In this document: in pieces, positions 13,901 to 28,000 of the stretch | Layout of the letters: each line of letters opens with the position of its first letter | Position numbering within the stretch: position 1 is the first letter of the stretch | NCBI GenBank assembly: GCA_032718475.1 | Contig: JAUCBJ010004266.1 | Coordinates: forward strand, 1 to 52,869 | From: Nemertoderma westbladi | Taxonomy: Eukaryota > Animalia > Xenacoelomorpha | Length of the DNA: 52,869 nt | Direction of reading: 5' to 3' | Made by a program: the position numbers and the translations under genes | The notes under the pieces: generated by a model | What the model was told of the DNA's origin: nothing | Seen by the model: the letters and a program-made list of their open reading frames with translations, nothing else | Databases searched by the model: none

Positions 13901-16900
13901 TTGATTCTTTGTACTTGTTCACTTCCCACGCATGGCATGCCCAACGTTTTAGTCGATCTCCACTGACTTTGCAACACTGCGATATTCCAGCGACATTTAC
14001 TGCAGAGGATCTAGAAGTAGAGTTTACAGTTTTGGATGACATTGCTGGGGGTGCCTGATCCTATCACAGGATATGGTAACTTACTGCAGGGAGTTACACA
14101 AACCTTCCTGAGTACTGATCTCGCTATATTAACATCATTCGATGTATCAGTGATAATCAGTAAAGACTCTTGATTCTTTGTACTTCTTGTTCAACTCCCA
14201 CGCGTGGCATGCCCAAGGTTTTAGTCGATCTCCACTGGCTTTGCAACACTGCGATATTCCAGTGACGTTTACTGCAAAGGATCTAGAGCTGAGTTTGCAG
14301 TTTTGGATGTCATTGCTGGGGTGCCCAATACTATCACGGGATATGGTAACTTACTGCAGGGAGTTACACAAGCCTTCCTGAGAACGATCTCACTATATTA
14401 ACATCATTCAATGTATCGGTGATGATCAGTAAAGACTCTTGATTCTTTGTACTTCTTGTTCAACTCCCACGCGTGGCATGCCCAACGTTTTAGTCGATCT
14501 CCACTGACTTTGCAACACTGCGATATTCCAGCGACATTTACTGCAAAGGATCTAGAAGTAGAGTTTGCAGTTTTGGATGACATTGCTGGGGTGCCCGATC
14601 CTATCACAGGATATGGTAACTTACTGCAGGGAGATATACAAGCCTCCCTGAGTACCAATCTCGCTATATTAATGTCATTTGATGTATTGGTGATAATCAG
14701 TAAAGACTCTTGATTCTTTGTACTGATTCAACTCCAATGCATGGGTTGCTCAAGGATTTAGTTGATCTCCACTGGCTTTGCAACACTGCGATATTCCAGC
14801 GAAATTTACTGCAGAGGATCTAGAAGTAGAGTTTACAGTTTTGGATGACATTGCTGGGGGTGCCTGATCCTATCACAGGATAAGGTAACTTACTGCAGGG
14901 AGTTACACAAACCTTCCTGAGTACTGATCTCGCTATATTAACATCATTCGATGTATCAGTGATAATCAGTAAAGACTCTTGATTCTTTGTACTTATTGTT
15001 CAACTCCCATGCGTGGCATGCCCAAGATTTTAGTCGATCTCCACTGGCTTTGCAATACTGCGATATTCCAGCGACGTTAACAGCAAAGGATCTCGAGGCT
15101 GATTTCACAGTTTTGGATGTCATTGCTGGGGTGCCCAATACTATCACAGGATATGGTAACTTATTGCAGGGAGTTACACAAGCCTTCATGCGTAACGATC
15201 TCACTATATTAACATCATTCAATGTATCGGTGATGATCAGTAAAGACTATTGATTCTTTGTACTTGTTCAACTCCCATGCATGGCATGCCCAAGGTTTTA
15301 GTCGATCTCCACTGGCTTTGCAACACTGCGATATTCCAGCGACATTTACTGCAAAGGATCTAGAAGTAGAGTTTACAGTTTTGGATGACATTGCTGGGGT
15401 GCCCGATCCTATCACACGATATGGTAACTTACTGCAGGGAGTTATACAAGCCTCCCTGAGTACCAATCTCACTATATTAATGTCATTCGATGTATTGGTG
15501 ATAATCAGTAAAGACTCTTGATTCTTTGTACTCATTCAACTCCAATGCATGGGATGCCCAAGGATTTAGTTGATCTCCACTGGCTTTGCAACACTGCGAT
15601 ATTCCAGCAACATTTACTGCAGAAGATCTAGAAGTAGAGTTTACAGTTTTGGATGACATTGCAGGGGGTGCCTGATTCTATCACAGGATATGGTAACTTA
15701 CTGCAGGGAGTTACACAAACCTTCCTGAGTACTGATCTCGCTATATTAACGTCATTCGATGTATCGGTGATGATCAATAAAGACTCTTGATTCTTTGTAC
15801 TTCTTGTTCAACTCCCACGCATGGGATGCCCAAGGTTTTAGTCGATCTCCACTAGCTTTGCAACGCTGCGATATTCCAGCAACGTTTACTGCAACTGCAA
15901 TGGATCTAGAAGCTAAGTTTACAGTTTTGGATCACATTGCTAGGGCACCCGATCATATCACAGGATATGGTAACTTAGTGCAGGGAGTTACATAAGCCTT
16001 CCTGCGTTCCAATCTCACTATATTAACATCATTAGATGTATCATTGATGATCAGTAAAGACTCTTGATTCTTTGCACTTCTTGTTCAACTCCAATGCGCG
16101 GGATGCCCAAGGTTTTAGTCAATCTCTAATTGCTTTGCAACACTGCGATATTCCAGTGACGTTAACTGCAAAGGATCTCGAGGCTGAGTTCACAGTTTTG
16201 GATGTCATTGCTGGGGTGCCCAATACTATCACAGGATATGGTAACTTACTGCAGGGAGTTACACAAGCCTTCCTGCGTAACGATCTCACTATATTAACAT
16301 CATTCAATGTATCGGTGATGATCAGTAAAGACTCTTGATTCTTTGTACTTCTTGTTCAACTCCCACGCATGGCATGCCCAAGGTTTTAGTCGATCTCCAC
16401 TGGCTTTGCAACACTGCGATATTCCAGTGACGTTTACTGCAAAGGATCTAGAAGTAGAGTTTACAGTTTTGGATGACATTGCTGGGGTGCCCGATCCTAT
16501 CACAGGATATGGTAACTTACTGCAGGGAGATATACAAGCCTCCCTGAGTACCAATCTCGCTATATTAATGTCATTCGATGTATTGGTGATAATCAGTAAA
16601 GACTCTTGATTCTTTATACTCATTCAACTCCAATGCATGGGATGCCCAAGGATTTAGTTGATCTCCACTGGCTTTGCAACACTGCGATATTCCAGCGACA
16701 TTTACTGCAGAGGATCTAGAAGTAGAGTTTACAGTTTTGGATGACATTGCTGGGGGTGCCTGATCCTATCACAGGATATGGTAACTTACTGCAGGGAGTT
16801 ACACAAACCTTCCTGAGTACTGATTTCGCTATATTAACGTCATTCGATGTATCGGTGATGATCACTAAAGACTCTTGATTCTTTGTACTTCTTGTTCAAC

Positions 16901-18708
16901 TCCCACGCATGGGATGCCCAAGGTTTTAGTCAATCACCACTAGCTTTGCAACGCTGTGATATTCCAGCAACATTGACTGCAAAGGATCTAGAAGCTAAGT
17001 TTACAGTTTTGGATCACATTGCTAGGGCACCCGATCCTATCACAAGATATGGTAACTTAGTGCAGGGAGTTACACAAGCCTTCCTGCGTTCCATTCTCAC
17101 TATATTAACATCATTCGATGTATCATTGATGATCAGTAAAGACTCTTGATTCTTTGCACTTCTTGTTCAACTCCAATGCGCGGGATGCCCAAGGTTTTAG
17201 TCAATCTCCATTGGCTTTGCAACACTGCGATATTCCTGCGACGTTTACTGCAAAGGATCTAGAAGTAGAGGTTACAGTTTTGGATGACATTGCTGGGGTA
17301 CCCGATCCTATCACAGGATATGGTAACTTACTGCAGGGAGTTATACAAGCCTTTCTGAGTACCGATCTTGCTATATTAACATCATTCGATGTATCGGTGA
17401 TGATCAGTAAAGACTCTTGATTCTTTGTACTTCTTGTTCAACTCCAATGCGCGGGATGCCCAAGGTTTTAGTCAATCTCTAATTGCTTTGCAACACTGCG
17501 ATATTCCAGTGACATTTACTGCAAAGGATCTAGAAGTAGAGTTTACAGTTTTGGATGACATTGCTGGGGTGCCCGATCCTATCACAGGATATGGTAACTT
17601 ACTGCAGGGAGATATACAAGCCTCCCTGAGTACCAATCTCGCTATATTAATGTCATTCGATGTATTGGTGATAATCAGTAAAGACTCTTGATTCTTTGTA
17701 CTCATTCAACTCCAATGCATGGGATGCCCAAGGATTTAGTTGATCTCCACTGGCTTTGCAACACTGCGATATTCCAGCGACATTTACTGCAAAGGATCTA
17801 GAAGTAGAGTTTACAGTTTTGGATGACATTGCTGGGGTGCCCGATCCTATCACAGGATATGGTAACTTACTGCAGGGAGTTACACAAGCCTTCCTGCGTA
17901 ACGATCTCACTATATTAACATCATTCAATGTATCGGTGATGATCAGTAAAGACTCTTGATTCTTTGTATTTCTTGTTCAACTCCCACGCATGGCATGCCC
18001 AAGGTTTTAGTCGATCTCCACTGGCTTTGCAACACTGCGATATTCCAGTGACATCTACTGCAAAGGATCTAGAAGTAGAGTTTACAGTTTTGGATGACAT
18101 TGCTGGGGTGCCCAATACTATCACAGGATATGGTAACTTACTGCAGGGAGTTACACAAGCCTTCCTGCGTAACGATCTCACTATATTAACATCATTCAAT
18201 GTATCGGTGATGATCAGTAAAGACTCTTGATTCTTTGTACTTCTTGTTCAACTCCCACGCATGGCATGCCCAAGGTTTTAGTCGATCTCCACTGGCTTTG
18301 CAACACTGCGATATTCCAGTGACATTTACTGCAAAGGATCTCGAGGCTGAGTTCACAGTTTTGGATGTCATTGCTGGGGTGCCCAATACTATCACAGGAT
18401 ATGGTAACTTACTGCAGGGAGTTACACAAGCCTTCCTGCGTAACGATCTCACTATATTAACATCATTCAATGTATAGGTGATGATCAGTAAAGACTCTTG
18501 ATTCTTTGTACTTCTTGTTCAACTCCCACGCATGGCATGCCCAAGGTTTTAGTCAATCTCCATTGGCTTTGCAACACTGCGATATTCCAGTGACGTTAAC
18601 AGCAAAGGATCTAGAAGCTGAGTTTACAGTTTTGTATCACATTGCTGGGGCGCCCAGTCCTACCCAGGATATGGTAACTTACTGCAGGGAGTTATACAAG
18701 CCTTCCTG
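10975..18708 (+). repeat. ~271-bp satellite, ~28 copies, with 4-mer and 5-mer higher-order structure
   Basis: ORF starts recur every ~269-271 nt. Near-identical variants recur at offsets of 1081 (11206/12287) and 1351 (13096/14447, 13636/14987). Confidence 0.97.
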
Positions 18709-18789
18709 ACAATACTTTCAGTATAACAAGTATACGTCAAGTATACAAGCCTTCCTTACTATACTAACAACATTCGATTGTTTAAAGCA

Positions 18790-21130
18790 AAAAATGGCAA
18801 GAAAACCACATTGTGTATGTACGTATTGCCAAGGACGTTGTGGCCAGAAGCGACATAATAGGATAACTTGTCCGATGAGATTAGAATATCTATCTAAAGG
18901 TATAGAAGGATTGGATAAGGTGATCTGATGATCATTAATGCTTATTGCATGCTACCATCACTCAATATACATATATTGTGGCACTGCCCATCGTTCCAAC
19001 TGGTACCGACAGTTACCCATACCAAATGTTTTCCTTCTGTGAAACCTATGGTCCACAGGAAGCAATGGATTTAATTGAGAACAAAAGTGCAAATGATATC
19101 AGACATCCAGATCTAGAGATCTTAATTAATTAATCCATCCTCCTGAGTAGTGCAGCTACTGTCTCTGGCTGTTAGCTTCCAGGCCGCATATTGGAGAACA
19201 TCCTGGAAGGGGAAACATGTACTATCAGTTCTGGAAGATGCTATTGAACAGATTGGAGTCTATGTCAACTGAGTCAATCCATAGGAGCCATGCGGCTCTT
19301 ACAATCTGGTTGTCCATCTTCCCCACCCAAGATTTTCACCCACTAAAAGGTAACGGAGACGAAATGTGTTCTTACTTACTGTCAAGGGCATTGTGGGAAG
19401 AAGTTCCATAAAAGAATGTCTTGCGTCATGAGACTCTACCATAAGTCTTTAGGTATACAGGTGGAAAACATGGATGCAGGAATTCTTAAGGAAGGCCTAC
19501 AGGACAGTTCCACTTAAGAGTTCCATAGTGTTCTGCTGTCTGCTACTCGCAGTTATATTCGGGAGTTTGGTAAATTAGTCCCAGCGTAGCAAGAACGATA
19601 TTAAATGTTTAAACTCAGGAACTCAACGTCCAGAACATTCTGAACATACTTTATGTACTTAACACATCAATCCTTTATCTCGTTGTATCGGCAGTTATCC
19701 TGTAGACACAGTGCTCTGTCCACCTTGCCTTTAAGGAAGGGTTGCTGTGGGTTACAGAACAACATAAGTGACATTAATATCTCTGTTGGGGTTTTCTTCT
19801 TAACTGCAAATAATAACTCATTGTAAAAGGGACGCGATGACTGTTATTGATGATAGTGAGAATGAAAACATGGAGGTTGAGGATTGTAGGGGGATTCTAG
19901 AGGATGATGCAGTGTGTGAGAACTGCAGGCTTTTTACTCCGAATTCTCCCACCCCCACATCCATTGCGCATACAAATGCCAAAGAAGACTCGTTCTTGGG
20001 AATTTCCTTCGTGAACACATGGTGTTAGTTTGTCCACAGTGAGTATATTCTATTTACTGACTCAGATACAATGGTCATAGGGCTGGCATTCTTTTATATT
20101 TAGAGGACTAACGGTTAATGTGAAATGGATATGAGGAATTTGAAGATCCTCTTGATTTGGCAGAAGTGATGGTGGAGGTGATTCCATGCCAATTATGTAG
20201 AATCTGCTAATCACATTGAGGACTATATGGCAGGGATTAATCATGTAATGATGGTGGGTTTGGTAACTGGAATGACTCTTTGTATAAATGTGATAATGGG
20301 AGGGTGGTAGAATCAACCGTTTGGTACATCAAGAAATCAGACTTTTTAAACGTTTTACAAACGTTTGGTACATCAAGAATAATGGGTGCGTTTGTGGTGC
20401 GTTTCGGTCATTCTGATATCAGTACATTGTTAAGATATCAGTATATGGGATTTCTTAATTTATGGCAACATATAATAATGCATAAACAACAGGTGTAGTG
20501 CCTATTTTCAAAGCGAAATGTACCGTTTATTGGCATATCTGGCATGAAATCCGTAAGTTGGCTGTGGCTGTAGCTATGGAGAAGTATACAAACTTATTGA
20601 CACAGTGTATAGGAATAGTCATCACTGGATAGAGAAATGTATAGATTAAACCCTTTGGTAATGTAAAGTATCCTCTATATGGAGGCGCAAGATCATTAGC
20701 AAATTATGTTACATATCCATGATGAAATAACCTTTCAACCAGAGTCAATTGGATGAGACACATGATTTAATTTGCTGCCAAAACAGAGTGAAATTTTAAA
20801 GGAAAGAGAGAAATATGAGTTCTCCAGTCTTTCACATCTTCAAACTCATGACTGTAATAGTCGATGTCCTAATCATGGGGATGAGACAGGTAATGGTTAG
20901 TCGAATGCCTTATTGTCACCCTCAGAGCTGTGGATATGAATTTAAACCCAAGTTGCACCTATACACTGATGAAGCTTTTGATGATCTAGCTTCAACATAC
21001 CTTCTTCAATGTAATGAGGATGAGACTTTAAGAGAAGGTGATGAAGGTTTAGATGATAATAGAAAATCTAGATTAGAGCAAAATTATTTGATTGGTGTTC
21101 GCCATTATTACCATGTCCTGTATTTTTAAA
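18790..21130 (+). mobile_element. Highly decayed Helitron-like Rep(/helicase) coding relic
   Basis: Across frames: KPFGNVK..GGARSLAN then (shifted) LHIH at 20648-20720, an HUH-like motif; LQTHDCNSRC...RMPYCHPQS..YEF at 20838-20945; upstream CENC and W-rich segments; two Cys/His knuckles. Resembles invertebrate Helitron RepHel as recalled; not searched. Confidence 0.5.
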
Positions 21131-21552
21131 TTTAATTAATAATAAATCCTTATTATAGTTAATTAATGAATTCATTCTAGTTCCGGTAAAATGAAGAAGT
21201 CTGATTGAAAAAAGAAACAACACAAGTATTGGTATTAATGAATCAATCAATAGCAAAAGAGGTCGCTTTGCCAGTAATATACAGCCGTTATAAGGAAATG
21301 TACGTACAGTAATTAAAATTGAAACACAAAACTACTAATTATCCTAACAACTATTCACTGTAATATCAACAATTATTATGGCATTCATTTTCTGGAAAAG
21401 CTATATTGTAATTGAATTGAATATCAGTTTATGAATATAGTTAAAACAAACAGTTGGTAAAACCAACGAACCAACCTGATACAATTGAAAGCACAATAAA
21501 TTAAATAGTGGGAGGCTTGAGCAAATAAGTGAGAGTCTTAGTAATGGAGCAT

Positions 21553-21830
21553 CTCTCGCACCGGTGGTGTTACTCTCGCACCGGCGGTGTTCCTCACGCA
21601 CTGGCAGTGTTCCTCACGCACCAGCGGTGTTCACCTCGCACCGGCGGTGTTCCCCTCGCACCGTCGGTGTTCCTCTCACACACCAGCGGTGTTCTTCTCT
21701 CCCGGTGGTGTTCCTCTTTCACACCGTCGGTGTTCCTCTTTCACACCGTCAGTGTTCCTCTTTCACACCGTCAGTGTTCCTCTTTAACACCGTCAGTGTT
21801 CCTCTTTCACATCAGCTGTTCCCCACCTTC
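21553..21830. repeat. 21-23-bp minisatellite immediately after the WDTC1 stop (3' UTR)
   Basis: Repeats of CACCG(T/G)C(A/G)GTGTTCCTC(TTTCA/ACG), ~12 copies. Confidence 0.9.
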
Positions 21831-21831
21831 A

Positions 21832-22056
21832 CTACGAGGTGCTGCACTGTACAGACGACGCCGAGTCATCATCCCCCTCGTTGCTGCCGCCCCCCACTCT
21901 GTCTTCCGAGTCAGTCGTACTGGAACCCCCAGCCGTCAACCGGTAACCCATGTTCATTAACATCACCTCCAAGGGGTCTGCATTCATCCGTTTCTGATTG
22001 GCTGTCGCAGCCTTTATACTATCTTCTACCAATCGTTCGTCCTCCACTGCATTGTC
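21832..22056 (-). CDS. WDTC1: WDTC1 exon 12 (terminal)
   Basis: [39 protein letters not shown]...VQCSTS then TAG. Confidence 0.93.
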   Translation of the reverse strand, partial: DNAVEDERLVEDSIKAATANQKRMNADPLEVMLMNMGYRLTAGGSSTTDSEDRVGGGSNEGDDDSASSVQCSTS

Positions 22057-25000
22057 CTGTTAGAAGAGGAAAATCAAATTAATTACTCACGTGTTACACA
22101 CAGTGTCAGACGCCATGAAAACTCTCGTATTCGATTCCCGTCCTGATTCATGTGGCACATCTGTTTAGAAAATGAGCTAAGGAAAATGTTCTCGAAGCAT
22201 AAAAGTATTATAAATATTAGATGTATATAAAAAATATGTGTACGATATATATATACGAATATGTGTAGATAAGTACTTACTTCATGGCGTGGACTCCATA
22301 GTCGAACCACGTGGTCGATACCACTGGTTGCTAGGATACAGTTAGTAGGGTGAGGTTGTAGACAGTTCACAATAGATTCATCGCCCCTCATAACCTTAAC
22401 TAAGTTGGTGGAATGTTTCTCCCAAATAAAGAAAGACCCATCGTCGGAGCCAGCAACGATATATTGTCCATTGCTGTGGAAATAAGCAGGTTGCTACATC
22501 TAGTACAGCACAAACAAGAGCCACACTAGAATAATATTGTACCAGCATACAAACAAGAACCACACTAGAATTATATTGTACCAGCACAAACAAGAGCCAC
22601 ACTATAATAATATTGTACAAGCACAAACAAGAGCCACACTAGAATAATATTGTACAAGCACAAACAAGAGCCACACTAGAATAATATTGTACAAGCACAA
22701 ACAAGATCCACACTAGAATAATATTGTACCAGCACAAACAAGAGCCACACTAGAATAATATTGTACCAGCATACAAACAAGAGCCACAATAGAATAATAT
22801 TGTACCAGCACAAACAAGAGCCACACTAGAATAATATTGTACAAGCACAAACAAGAGCCACACTAGAATAATATTGTACAAGCACAAACAAGAGCCACAC
22901 TAGAATAATATTGTACAAGCACAAACAAGAGCCACACTAGAATAATATTGTACAAGCACAAACAAGAGCCACACTAGAATAATATTGTACCAGCACAAAC
23001 AAGAGCCACACTAGAATAATATTGTACCAGCATACAAACAAGAGCCACAATAGAATAATATTGTACCAGCACAAACAAGAGCCACACTAGAATAATATTG
23101 TACAAGCACAAACAAGAGCCACACTAGAATAATATTGTACAAGCACAAACAAGAGCCACACTAGAATAATATTGTACCAGCACAAACAAGAGCCACACTA
23201 GAATAATATTGTACCAGCATACAAACAAGAGCCACAATAGAATAATATTGTACCAGCACAAACAAGAGCCACACTAGAATAATATTGTACAAGCACAAAC
23301 AAGAGCCACACTAGAATAATATTGTACAAGCACAAACAAGAGCCACACTAGAATAATATTGTACCAGCACAAACAAGAGCCACACTAGAATAATATTGTA
23401 CAAGCACAAACAAGAGCCACACTAGAATAATATTGTACCAGCACAAACAAGAGCCACACTAGAATAATATTGTACCAGCACAAACAAGAGCCACACTAGA
23501 ATAATATTGTACAAGCACAAACAAGAGCCACACTAGAATAATATTGTACCAGCACAAACAAGAGCCACACTAGAATATTATTGTACAAGCACAAACAAGA
23601 GCCACACTAGAATAATATTGTACAAGCACAAACAAGAGCCACACTAGAATAATATTGTACCAGCACCAACAAGAGCCACACTAGAATAATATTGTACCAG
23701 CACAAACAAGAGCCACACTATAATAATATTGTACCAGCACAAACAAGAGCCACACTAGAATAATATTGTACCAGCACAAACAAGAGCCACACTATAATAA
23801 TATTGTACCAGCACAAACAAGAGCCACACTAGAATAATATTGTACCAGCACAAACAAGAGCCACACTAGAATAATATAGTACAAGCACAAACAAGAGCTA
23901 CACTAGAATAATATTGTACCAGCACAAACAAGAGCCACACTAGAATAATATTGTACAAGCACAAACAAGAGCCACACTAGAATAATATTGTACCAGCACA
24001 AACAAGAGCCACACTATAATAATATTGTACCAGCACAAACAAGAGCCACACTAGAATAATATTGTACCAGCACAAACAAGAGCCACACTAGAATAATATT
24101 GTACCAGCACAAACAAGAGCCACACTAGAATAATATTGTACAAGCACAAACAAGAGCCACACTAGAATAATATTGTACCAGCACAAACAAGAGCCACACT
24201 AGAATAATATTGTACAAGCACAAACAAGAGCCACACTAGAATAATATTGTACAAGCACAAACAAGAGCCACACTAGAATAATATTGTACCAGCACAAACA
24301 AGAGCCACACTAGAATAATATTGTACAAGCACAAACAAGAGCCACACTAGAATAATATTGTACCAGCACAAACAAGAGCCACACTAGAATAATATTGTAC
24401 CAGCACAAACAAGAGCCACACTAGAATAATGTTGTCCAGGGATGTCCCGGAATTACGATCCGGCCGGAATTTCAGCGGTTTTTGCCTGATTCCGGTGCCG
24501 ACCGGAATTGCCGGATGGGGATAATCTGGCCGGAATTTACAGGTGGCTAACTACACTGAAAAAAGTATCTGCCTGTTTTTTTAAAACATCCACTTCCGAT
24601 ATAAAACGAGCTGTTCGTAATTTTATAAGTGCCACTTATTTTTTTCATCCACTTAAATAAAAAAAATAAAATAGAAAAATTTTGATTTCTGAAAAAGTGC
24701 CTGTTATATATTTAAAGTTGATGTTATAATATTCTGACGCATGATGAATGAAGTGGCAGTTATGATTTAAACTAGCTGTTTAAATGGAAGCGGCACTTTT
24801 TTTGATAAGTGATACTTATATGTTTCAAATTCATGTTTATTTAATAAAAATAAAGTGACTGTTTATATTTGTAAACTGAGCCTTTAAAAAATAAACTATA
24901 CTTTGTCAAATAAGTAGCACTTTTGGAGGTTTGAGATTGGAAACTGCCACTTTATTTTTATTCAACTTAACTGCCAGTTTAGTAAGAAAATCGCCAATTT

Positions 25001-28000
25001 TAAATAAGAAGATGCACTTTTGTTAGAAGTGGCAGTTAAATACGTCAAAGTCCTGCTTATTCAAATTTAAGGAAAAACAGTTGGTTTTTAAACCGTGCCA
25101 TTAAAAACATACTCCTTTTGGTAAATAAGTAGCAATTCTTAAATTAATTTTGGGTTTTAAATGAGAAAGTGGCATTTTATTTCTATGAGTGGCATTTTAT
25201 TTCTATGAGTGGCATTTTATTTCTATGAGTGGCATTTTATTTCTTTGAGTGGCATTTTAGCAAGAGAATTGCCATTTATAAATAAGAAGAGGCACTTTTT
25301 CTAGAAGTGATAGTGAAATTAAAAAATAAACTATACTTTGTCAAATAAGTAGCACTTTTGGAGGTTTGAGATTGGAAACTGCCACTTTATTTTTATTCAA
25401 CTTAACTGCCAGTTTAGTAAGAAAATCGCCAATTTTAAATAAGAAGGATGCACTTTTGTTAGAAGTGGCAGTTAAATACGTCAAAGTCCTGCTTATTCAA
25501 ATTTAGAGACAGGGGGAAACTGGACGCAAATTCCATCTTGGCGAATTTGATATATTGAATGTAATTTTGGCAAAAGAAATGCCATTTATAAATAAGAAGA
25601 GGTACTTTTACTAGAAGTGATAGTGAAATACATCAAAGTCATTCTTATTAATAAAAAACACACACACATATTTTGGTAAATGTATTTCTTGTGTATGTAT
25701 CTGTCTTAGATTAATATTGGGTTTGATATGGAAAGCGGAATTTTATTTCTTTGATTGGCTTCTTGTGAATAAATGGCCAATAAACAGTAAATTTATTATT
25801 TCGATTTAATATTTTTCTATTAATATGGGAAATGATTTAAAAACGGCCACTTTATTTATATTATATAATAATGAGTTTGTTTACAAAAAACAACTTCAAC
25901 CAGTATTAGCCTTAATAGCGCCCTTATTTTGCCCATATGGTAGGATCATAATTCTTCATTTTGATTGGTTGGTTGGTTCTTAAAGAGAGGGCCTTCTGCC
26001 CAGTCAGTTAATAGCTTACCGGTAGTGTATAAGGCAGGAAAGGCCTGTATGAGGTGACAGTACTGCAGTACTGCATCACACACAGTACAGCAGTACCGGT
26101 AATACACTGTAATGTGGTACAGTTATCAGAGGCAATACTGCAATAGGCTTTTGGTACCGGACCATCTTGCATACAGCACAGCATATGGGGGGATCTACTA
26201 TCTATACACCCCCACCAACCCTAATACTGTCATACGATAGTGTCTGACAGTATCAGAGTGTAGCCTACTGGTCTGCCCGCTGCCCGCTGTCGCCTGCAGG
26301 TACGATTGTATGTGTACATACCTGTAACAGTGCAACAATGTAACATGCATGTCCCATTACTGCATTAGAGGCCTACATCATTACTCTACAGCTCGAGGAC
26401 TAGGCCTACCTGCCTACTCTACGCACCGTACTGTCAGACTGTAGTTGTAGTACCAGTATGCAGTATGCAGTAGGGCAGTTAGGTACAAAGGCTGGTAGGC
26501 CTATTCAATCAGTCAATGAATGCACCGTACAAATTCTGTACAAATGACAAACTGGCTGACTGAGTGGTTGTAATACCAGACTACCAGGCCTATACTATAG
26601 CCTAACAAACAGCGTGACAGGTGACAGGAAAATGAAAATGAAAAATGACGTCACAGCGGTTTTTCGAGGGAAATACTCCCAACCCAATGCCGACTTAACA
26701 AGGCGTATCCAGTGAAGTCCAGATCCAAGAAGGACTCTCTTGGTGAAGCTGTCAATGTTAACGCTAAGATAGTAGCTCCAGTTTCAGAGTTTGTGTTGCC
26801 ACTGAGCCACATGAAGAACCTGTTGCGTCTGCTGATACTGTACATAAAGAGTCACTTTGATGTTGCTGTTGCAACAAAAGAACGAACCCTAAGGGGTAAT
26901 AAACGTAAGAAAGGTGGAAGTTCATTCATATGATTCATTCGAGTTCTGAGGAGTCAGACGATGAGTCTGGAGATGGGATCTCCTCCTCTGATGCTGAGAA
27001 CGAGCAACGCGGATCTGATTCATCTGATGATCTCTCTCCGGAAGATTCGTCTGCAGAGAACGATAGCGGGTCCCTTGTTTGGGCGAAAATGTCGAAGAAG
27101 GATAACCCATGGCCAGCGCGTATCCTGGTATAGTCGCGCCTAACGCACATTTTCCTAAACCCACTAAAGGGAAATTTGGGGGCGAATACAAATATGTATA
27201 CTTTTTCGGAACCAAAAATTTTTATGGGTGAAGAATACCCCGGAATATATTCTCCCTTATATTGAGTATAAAGACAAGTTCTCTGTTCGTAAGGCCAATA
27301 CCCCAAATTCTTTTATATTGGCACTAGGCGATATAGAAAACAATGAATAATTATCATTGATTTTTAGGTGAACAACAAATGTATATCGTTGTTTAAAGTA
27401 CCTACCATTACCGATACAGCTACAATAAAGTTATAGGGTATATATATTATATATATATATACGGTCGTAACATACAGTACATACACGGGAATTCATATTT
27501 ACGGAACTGGGTGCTTCACACGTACTTTGTGGCCTGCCCCCACATCTACTTTTTGAAGTTGGTACATATGTACAGCACTACGGTAGCTGGTCTAGGTACC
27601 GGTACATCGTGCAGCAGTCAAACAGCTGTAGATTAGGCGTTAAGCCGGGTTGATTTCTGGAGAGGGTCTGGTAGTCTAGGTATGGCAGTACAGTAGGGTG
27701 CATGTCAGTCAGTCACGGAACAAGTGGATTATATACTATATAATTCGACATTTTTGATTATTATTGTTAATTGGCTTTGGTGCTAAACTATTATATAATA
27801 CAGGGAAAATTGTTTGACAGAGTAGTAATTTATGTAATTTTAGTCTGATAGGCCCAACACATTTCTGCATTTTTTGTTGTTTTTTTGGTAATTCTGTCTT
27901 TTCACTGGAGAATTTATATTTGGGTTGAGTGGGTAGGTGTAGGCTGTTTTTAGTTATCTGTTTTAGTTATTTGTTTATTATTAACCCTGATGAAGGATAT

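Noticed and set aside
11206-18709. About 25 tandem ORFs of up to 88 aa as a gene array
   Set aside because: They start at TTG just after a shared frameshift and many units have additional indels; treated as a satellite of coding origin.
21529-22082. Plus-strand 143-aa and 172-aa ORFs
   Set aside because: They are read through the 3' UTR minisatellite and antisense to WDTC1 exon 12.
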